In this document: one piece after another, positions 25,750-32,000 of the stretch
How the letters are laid out: the number at the start of each line of letters is the position of its first letter
Position numbering within the stretch: the stretch's first letter is position 1
DNA from: Candidatus Hermodarchaeota archaeon
GTDB lineage: Archaea; Asgardarchaeota; Heimdallarchaeia; Hodarchaeales; Hodarchaeaceae
NCBI GenBank assembly: GCA_048886185.1
Contig: JBHLKY010000010.1
Location: forward strand, 78,526 to 110,525
Length of the DNA stretch: 32,000 nucleotides
Reading direction: 5' to 3'
The notes under the pieces: model-generated
Databases searched by the model: none
Seen by the model: the letters and a program-made list of their open reading frames with translations, nothing else
Told to the model about the DNA's origin: nothing
Translations under genes and position numbers: made by a program

Positions 25750-28545
25750 CTAGGTAGATATGGATTTAGATAAAAAGGCTTCTGGCCATCCTTGATATTG
25801 TAGTATTATACTATCTATTTTTTCCATCAACCTGATCGTTTCTTGAATCACTTTCACGATTCTTCCAAAGAATAATATATCATTTTTTGTAAGGATTTTG
25901 TCTCTATAATTTCTTAACCATCTCCGACAGACCTGATATCCTCCAATGTGAAATTCATAGACTTCTTCTGATACCCCCTCAAAAAAATGGCTTGAGTTTA
26001 TTCTGATTTTATTGTCTGATGTGAAAGAAACTCGTTTAACCTTTGAAGAATCAACATTATCACTCCCCCTCAATCTGACATTATGATCATTTATATTAAC
26101 TGATTTCATCAAATATAATTCAGCTAATTCTCTTCCGATTTCATGTAATTCGAAGAATAAATCTGGGTTTGTTGGAAAAGGAATCCTGGGAAAATCAATT
26201 TTCAAAAAACTTTCATATCTTGTTCGATATTCTTTTGAGTGGAGTATAGCATAAATATAATACATTACATCCACTACTGAAGATTTACCCCCTAAACCAT
26301 ATTTTAATTTAATATATCTTTTGAATTTGTTTGAAAAATTTACTTCTTTTTTATAACCATTAGTGGTTTCCCTAAATAAGAATAATGGAAAAATTGGTGC
26401 ATTATTACCTGGTCTTGTCGCCATTACTCCTAATTCGATAATATCTTCTGTAATTTGAATGTCTCTCCAAGAAGCAGGTCTAGAGTTTCTTGAAACAACA
26501 AGTCCTAAATTATCACCATTAATCATGTGTCTCATAACTTTACTCCTTGGTCTCTCATGAAACCCCCGTGATCTGCCAGTATAAAACGTAAACCGTTTGT
26601 CAAATGGCCGATAAAGAATTGGAACAACCTTTTCTTCAATACGATTATTGAGTTCATCTATTGCCATATTTTGATTTAAACCAAGGCTTTGAATGTCGTG
26701 GATAGCTTTTATTAAGGCCCATTGCCGTTTTTCTTTCTTCAAATCGTATTTTTGTCTAAATTTAGTTTTGGAAAGGAGAATAAGATCTTCAATGACCTCT
26801 CGAACTTGTTCTCGTTCTTTATGTATTGTGATCTTATCCTGTCCAGTCATAATACCGACAGAATGAATTGGAAAAATATCAGTTATTATCCATCCTGATT
26901 TATACTCTTTCCATCTCTTCATATCCAATTGATAAAACATATACCAGGGACTAAATGAATCAATTTTATTCCATTTTATCGTTGAAATATCGTTATTATT
27001 GAGAAATTCATACTTTTGGTTCCTCAAACCCCATACATCATATCTGAAAATTTCTATACTTCCCTTTTTATTAGGATTTTTGATGAAAAATGAGATACAA
27101 ACACCTTGTTGGATGTCAAATACATTTTCATCTTTCAAACCACTAGGAGTTTTCTCATTCCTTCTTGTATTTCCATGAAGGTCAATAATGAATATGTCTG
27201 TAAAGGATTTCATTAGCTGTTGTCTCATACCTCGAAAAGTAGGGTTATCTAGAAAGCTATGATTAGTAATAAATGCTACAACACCATACCCTGTTTTTTC
27301 TATCCGCCATTGACCAAACCTAATGAATTTCACATAATCATCATTTAACCATTTAGGATTTTTTTCCCCTAATAGTTTCCCATCAACCTCAAAATAGTTA
27401 CACGCCCTTGTCTCATCTATTTTCTTTCCGTGTAAGAGATCAGTGATCCACTGCGACTTATTAAGAGAATGTCCTGAATAAGGGGGATTACCTATAATCA
27501 CTGAAATCGGGTATTCCATTTTTATTTCGAGAGCTTTCTTTCCCTCTCTTGATAGAAAACTAAATGGGTTTAAGTACTTTTCTAAATCTTTAATACTCTT
27601 AAATGGATCTTCTAAAGTGTTTGCTAAGAATACTCCTAAACGATTGTGACTTTGTAACGTGTAACCAGTTTCCTGTAATTTTAATCCGAGTTTGATGTTT
27701 GCAATGACATATGGGGCCATCAATAACTCAAAGGCAAAAACTCTCAATAAAAGAGATTTATCGACATAAATTTCCCATTTGTTTTGTAGTAAACTACTAT
27801 TTAACGATTTATACTTTTCCTTGAATAGTTTGTAGGATAATTCAATAATATGATTAAGAAAAGTACCTGTTCCTGCTGCTGGGTCTAGAATCTGAATTTT
27901 TGGTAGTATATTACCATTTATCGTCACTTGCGATTCATCTACAAGACCATCTTCACAATTAAAGTATGTTTGAAGAATATGATTAACAGAATGTACTATA
28001 AACTTAACCAAGGCATCTGGAGTATAAAAAACACCCCGATCAATTTTTTGGCTTGAATCATATTCATGCAAAAATTCTTCATAAAAATGCATTATAGGGT
28101 CTTCAGATTTCTCATATTTACTAAAATTTGCCATTACTAAAGCAATATTTGTGGTTTTCATTAATTGTAGAAGTTTATTGATGCCAATACTTTTTAAATT
28201 TAATTTTGTAGATTGATCCTCAATTAATCTCAATATATTTTCCAAAAAATTATGTAGAAATGAATTTTTATTTGATAATCTAAAAGAATTAAGGTCAAAT
28301 CCCTCCCCTTGAAATATTTTCAGAGAAAATAAGCCATAAGTAATCGTTTGGGCATAAATGTCAGCAAAATGTTCTAATGTAAGATTTTTCATTAATTTAA
28401 ACTGGATTTCTTGGAAAATTTGGTGAAGGTGCCCAGTTTCTTCCTCCACTAAAAATAATTCTTTTATATTCTCTCGGATACTAATAGCAGCTTGAGCGAG
28501 CTTTCTAGCGAGTTCCTCTGATGTTGTTATGACTTCATTCATCAA
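25750..28545 (-). CDS. N6-adenine DNA methyltransferase with type ISP/IIG-like C-terminal specificity domain, no N-terminal nuclease seen
   Basis: FADIYAQTITYGLF, GVFYTP, ILDPAAGTGTFL, IIGNPPY, DLHGN, YIYAILHS..YR.RY..FLKIDFPRIP, IGGYQVCRRWL. Confidence 0.88.
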   Translation of the reverse strand: MMNEVITTSEELARKLAQAAISIRENIKELFLVEEETGHLHQIFQEIQFKLMKNLTLEHFADIYAQTITYGLFSLKIFQGEGFDLNSFRLSNKNSFLHNFLENILRLIEDQSTKLNLKSIGINKLLQLMKTTNIALVMANFSKYEKSEDPIMHFYEEFLHEYDSSQKIDRGVFYTPDALVKFIVHSVNHILQTYFNCEDGLVDESQVTINGNILPKIQILDPAAGTGTFLNHIIELSYKLFKEKYKSLNSSLLQNKWEIYVDKSLLLRVFAFELLMAPYVIANIKLGLKLQETGYTLQSHNRLGVFLANTLEDPFKSIKDLEKYLNPFSFLSREGKKALEIKMEYPISVIIGNPPYSGHSLNKSQWITDLLHGKKIDETRACNYFEVDGKLLGEKNPKWLNDDYVKFIRFGQWRIEKTGYGVVAFITNHSFLDNPTFRGMRQQLMKSFTDIFIIDLHGNTRRNEKTPSGLKDENVFDIQQGVCISFFIKNPNKKGSIEIFRYDVWGLRNQKYEFLNNNDISTIKWNKIDSFSPWYMFYQLDMKRWKEYKSGWIITDIFPIHSVGIMTGQDKITIHKEREQVREVIEDLILLSKTKFRQKYDLKKEKRQWALIKAIHDIQSLGLNQNMAIDELNNRIEEKVVPILYRPFDKRFTFYTGRSRGFHERPRSKVMRHMINGDNLGLVVSRNSRPASWRDIQITEDIIELGVMATRPGNNAPIFPLFLFRETTNGYKKEVNFSNKFKRYIKLKYGLGGKSSVVDVMYYIYAILHSKEYRTRYESFLKIDFPRIPFPTNPDLFFELHEIGRELAELYLMKSVNINDHNVRLRGSDNVDSSKVKRVSFTSDNKIRINSSHFFEGVSEEVYEFHIGGYQVCRRWLRNYRDKILTKNDILFFGRIVKVIQETIRLMEKIDSIILQYQGWPEAFLSKSIST

Positions 28546-28773
28546 TTTTATTATTTATACGAGCCTTAAAAAAACGATTTCTTCTTCTCATCTGAATCGA
28601 CACATTTTAGAAAGCTACAAAAACTATGATTTTCATTAAAAAACAATGTATGAAAATCTGGAACCCCATGAATATATATATTTATAGGTCTATTTGAAGT
28701 AATATAATACAATAGAAGATCTATAATGCGAGTTACAATACAGATACAAACTGATGCTTTTCAGAGGTTAAGA

Positions 28774-29643
28774 ATGATGAATATGAGACGCTTATGGCGA
28801 GTAAAAACTCGTGGAGTAACTCCAGTCATTGCTACAGTACTTCTGATTGGTTTAGTCGTAATAGCTGGGATAGCTGTTGCTTTAGTAGTTTTTGGGACAA
28901 TTAATACCCCTGCACCTATTGATGTAGAAATCCTTTCAATTTCAGGTTTTCAAACAACTGATTCCAACACTCTAATAGATCAATTTTCCGTGACTCTTCA
29001 AAATGACGAGCGTACTGATGTTCGGATAGAACCTGATGCATTTACTTTAGAGCTTTTTGAAACTGTAGGTGATGATACCCCCATTATTCCAGGATGGAGG
29101 ATGAGTATTGATCAATCCTTTATTCTATCTGCTAGAGCGATAGAAACAATTATTTTAGTTTGTGATCCATTTGAAGGTGTTGAATTAACTCCTGATGAAG
29201 ACATAATCTATATTGAAGTCAAGGTTTATCCTAAAGACAGTACTAATGAACGTTTAGCTCGAATTTTCCGCTCAGATATCTTATCTATCGGAAGTACGCA
29301 CGGGCCTATATTTGTGGAATACGAGACATCTACAATGAATTTGGAAGCTGCAGGATTAACCATCAATTTCTCTGTAATTAATAATGGTAGTGCAGACCAA
29401 GTTCTGGATTTTGAATTATTTACAGATTCTCCAGAAAGAATAACTTTTGCTATAGATGCTATTAATCGTACAACGTTCTCATTCTCGTTGTCTGGATATG
29501 GTAGCACAATTTTAAATGCGACAATTTTTCCAACAGATAAAGCTACTCTTGATGATACATATCTTGTGCTAGTTTTCCTCTGGAGTCAAGAAAACTTTCA
29601 ACTTGTAGCATCTATGAGTATTATTATGTCTTATGTGGGCTAA
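28774..29643 (+). CDS. Archaeal type IV pilin/archaellin-like protein (class III signal peptide)
   Basis: Basic leader, then KTRG|VTPVIATVLLIGLVVIAGIAVALVV, followed by beta-rich domains. Start is likely ATG 28774-28783 rather than 28726. Confidence 0.85.
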   Translation: MMNMRRLWRVKTRGVTPVIATVLLIGLVVIAGIAVALVVFGTINTPAPIDVEILSISGFQTTDSNTLIDQFSVTLQNDERTDVRIEPDAFTLELFETVGDDTPIIPGWRMSIDQSFILSARAIETIILVCDPFEGVELTPDEDIIYIEVKVYPKDSTNERLARIFRSDILSIGSTHGPIFVEYETSTMNLEAAGLTINFSVINNGSADQVLDFELFTDSPERITFAIDAINRTTFSFSLSGYGSTILNATIFPTDKATLDDTYLVLVFLWSQENFQLVASMSIIMSYVG

Positions 29644-29690
29644 AAAAAATCTTAAAAGCTTATAAATAACGTGATTCTTGAAAGATACTT

Positions 29691-31814
29691 CTAGGAGCTT
29701 AATTCTTTATCTATGATTGCATCTATTCTTTCAATTAAATCTTTTTTATGAACTGTATTTATAGATTTCAATTCTTGTGATAGGGCAAGTAAACTCTTTT
29801 TCGATTTAGTGGTAATCTTGAATGGATTCAGAATTAATGTTTTCAGCATTTCTCTTGGCTCTATTTTCAATGTATTACCACCATAACATCTTCCTACATT
29901 ACGTAAAGAGTCAAATGTTATATTTGAGTTTAAAATAACCCAAAAGAGGATTAAAAATTCCTTAGATAATTTTCTATTTTTTTTGGGATATATCATAAGA
30001 AATGTGTTAAGTGGTCTAATTTGGGCTTCATTTAGTATGAATCTTGGATTACCACGACTCAAATATGTATAAATAAAATAGGGGATATCTCTTTTTTCCG
30101 TTTTATACCAATGTTTTCGAGTTTTAACTAAGTTCCCATTATGTACATTTTGACTTAATCCTAATTCAAGATAATCAGATAAGTTTTGATCATGAATGTC
30201 ACTGATATCTTCCTGTATATTTAATAACCACATTTTTTTTTCTTGTTCTGATAAATTGTTAAAATCTTCTTTTGAGAAGCAATATTTTTGAACATATCGT
30301 GTCCTAGTTAGGGTTGGAACCACAAATTCATCTTTAATTTTATAAGACGCTAATTCTTTTGTAGTAAATGTAAAAAAACTATTATTTCCAGTAGCAATAC
30401 CTCTCATAACTTTGAAAAATTTTGATAATTCAACAAGTTTTTCATTGATTTCATAATTAGTGAAGGCATCTGGATTTGTCCAATTCCGTTCAGGATCTAT
30501 ATCAATCTGTCTTTTACTATGGAGTTCACCATCTGACCACTTAAAAACCTCATTACTTTCAATTTTCAAGTAATTAAAGATTTTCTCCTTAGAAGTCCAC
30601 TTTTTCACTACTAGTAGCTTTGTTATTTCATCTTCCCTTGGTTTTCGCCCCTCTATTACAAAAATACATGCAGCAGTATCCACTCCAGGAAATATATCTA
30701 GTGAATGATGAAATACGATAATATAAGGAACTCTATATCTCTCCTTCAAGATCATCTTAAGATAATCGCTATTTCTTGATTCAAAAATTATTGTTGGAGT
30801 TATAAAGACCATTCTACCGTCCTTAATTAGAAGTTTCAATGATTTAAGGATGAAGTACATGAATAGACTGGATATTCTATTGAATTTTCCTCCGAAATTT
30901 TGCTCAATCTCATTTCCAATCCTATCTTTTATTCTTGATGAAAGCATATGATGTCGAGAATAAGGGGGATTGCAGATAATACAATCAAAACCATTTGATT
31001 TAGTTTTTAGAAATGAATCAAGGCCTTCTGCTGAAGATATGGCTAGTTCATCGTGAATACTATTCTCAAAGTTATTTTCAGCTGTTGTTAAGAAATCTCC
31101 TTGCTTCAGTTCCAGTTTAAACTGAGAATTGTACAGATTCACCTTACATATCTCATATAACAGGGGATGAAGTTCAATACCAGTTATTTTCCCTTGAAAG
31201 TCTTCCGAAATCGACTGGAGAGCTTGAATAAAGGTTCCTGGCCCAGTACATGGATCGAGGATATTCCTTGGGTTATTTTCTAGTGATAATGTAACCATGA
31301 ATTCTGCAATATGTTTAGGCGTCCAAAATTGGCCTAATTTTCGTCTGAACCGTTGATTTAATACTTTTAAAAATAATAACGATAAAATATCTGATGATTG
31401 ATTCAGTAATCGTTGATCAAATTGGAGTATTGTCTGTGAAATAACCAATGTGCTGGAATTGGCTATAGAATCAACTATAGAGGAGGTGAACATTTGAGGA
31501 TAAGTTTGCTTTAAAAGATCAGAAGTTGTTTGATATGTGGCATAGATTGTTTTACTGTCTAGTGGTCCTTTTCCATAGGAAACGATAAATCTAAGACGAT
31601 TAAGGATAAGTAGGGCGGCAAGTTGTCTATATGTATCGACAGATTTTAAAGGAATATCACACATCTTTGAGAAAGAAGATAACTCCTTTTGATCGTGAAT
31701 ACTAATCCTTTCATTAAAATTGAGTGGAATGGAGTTAATTATTGTTTGAAATGTTTTCCCTATCTCATTTGGTAATTCTTCGGTCATTTTCTCCGTATCC
31801 GCTGATATTGCCAA
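29691..31814 (-). CDS. Stand-alone N6-adenine DNA methyltransferase (gamma class, Eco57I/XhoI-like TRD region)
   Basis: LGQFWTP, ILDPCTGPGTF, ICNPPY, RGIATGNNSFF, GRCYGGNTLKIEPREM. Confidence 0.88.
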   Translation of the reverse strand: MAISADTEKMTEELPNEIGKTFQTIINSIPLNFNERISIHDQKELSSFSKMCDIPLKSVDTYRQLAALLILNRLRFIVSYGKGPLDSKTIYATYQTTSDLLKQTYPQMFTSSIVDSIANSSTLVISQTILQFDQRLLNQSSDILSLLFLKVLNQRFRRKLGQFWTPKHIAEFMVTLSLENNPRNILDPCTGPGTFIQALQSISEDFQGKITGIELHPLLYEICKVNLYNSQFKLELKQGDFLTTAENNFENSIHDELAISSAEGLDSFLKTKSNGFDCIICNPPYSRHHMLSSRIKDRIGNEIEQNFGGKFNRISSLFMYFILKSLKLLIKDGRMVFITPTIIFESRNSDYLKMILKERYRVPYIIVFHHSLDIFPGVDTAACIFVIEGRKPREDEITKLLVVKKWTSKEKIFNYLKIESNEVFKWSDGELHSKRQIDIDPERNWTNPDAFTNYEINEKLVELSKFFKVMRGIATGNNSFFTFTTKELASYKIKDEFVVPTLTRTRYVQKYCFSKEDFNNLSEQEKKMWLLNIQEDISDIHDQNLSDYLELGLSQNVHNGNLVKTRKHWYKTEKRDIPYFIYTYLSRGNPRFILNEAQIRPLNTFLMIYPKKNRKLSKEFLILFWVILNSNITFDSLRNVGRCYGGNTLKIEPREMLKTLILNPFKITTKSKKSLLALSQELKSINTVHKKDLIERIDAIIDKELSS

Positions 31815-31829
31815 AACTCATTAAGGTAT

Positions 31830-32000
31830 TCACACAATGTATGGTAATTTTGCTGGGGTTACACCTAATAAGCGGTAATAAACAAGTATCTGGCCTCGAT
31901 GTTGAATGTTATGTTCTAACATCTCCAAGAGCATTTCCGCTTTAGTCGCAGGCCGATTAAAATCATTATACAGATCAAAGAGAGTAGTGGGAGGTAATTT
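31830..32000 (-). CDS. DinB/YfiT family protein, C-terminal part (gene starts beyond window end)
   Basis: Not in ORF track. Manual translation: ...KAEMLLEMLEHNIQHRGQILVYYRLLGVTPAKLPYIV*, carrying the DinB HxxxHRGQ..Y.R..G..P motif. Confidence 0.82.
   Translation of the reverse strand, partial: KLPPTTLFDLYNDFNRPATKAEMLLEMLEHNIQHRGQILVYYRLLGVTPAKLPYIV

Noticed and set aside
764-31814. Apparent excess of TTG/GTG start codons
   Set aside because: Mostly an artefact of the ORF caller choosing the most upstream start. Only the starts at 5497, 14756 and 15327 have SD support.
2175-31945. Short overlapping ORFs in the track (e.g. 2175-2387, 2597-2839, 2659-2889, 4618-4812, 4869-5054, 5594-5845, 6047-6385, 6764-7033, 7561-7752, 8411-8752, 13787-13975, 16396-16584, 16487-16744, 16998-17258, 18213-18431, 18336-18527, 19347-19835, 20453-20683, 20659-20892, 23293-23523, 25502-25741, 29226-29507, 31742-31945)
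   Set aside because: They are antisense or alternate-frame shadows of well-supported genes, with no recognisable motifs.
22092-32000. Mobile element or prophage boundaries around the methyltransferase cluster
   Set aside because: No integrase, transposase, tRNA target, terminal repeats or viral genes were found by eye.
1-32000. CRISPR arrays, tRNA or rRNA genes
   Set aside because: The longest intergenic gaps (about 310 and 400 bp) are AT-rich, with no repeat-spacer periodicity or cloverleaf/T-loop motifs.

Overview
Low-GC archaeal chromosomal window; the gene content (class III signal-peptide pilin, longin-like domain, CTERM-anchored glycoprotein, stand-alone 7TM protein) suggests an Asgard/Heimdallarchaeia-like host (inference). 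It is almost fully coding, with no rRNA, tRNA, CRISPR array, integrase or transposase detected. Left to right: partial cysS; SAM methyltransferase; Ste24/M48 protease; Cys-rich GDCCVxC-type protein; RHH regulator coupled to a 7TM protein; short RDD protein; a minus-strand 4-gene operon (CTERM surface glycoprotein, longin-like/ABC-ATPase fusion, double FtsX permease, second ABC ATPase); TlpA/CcdA; PD-(D/E)XK nuclease-like protein plus GNAT; M14 carboxypeptidase; PadR divergent from a heterodimeric ABC exporter; then three adenine DNA methyltransferase systems with no visible cognate nuclease, interleaved with an ICMT-family protein and a pilin; partial DinB. The best candidate for an undescribed system is the MacB/FtsX-type (type VII) ABC operon, in which one ATPase carries an N-terminal longin-like (possibly DENN-like) module. 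A shared palindrome GTRYACA-C-TGTRYAC lies upstream of both this operon and the RHH-7TM operon. All family assignments come from motif recognition by eye; no database searches were run.
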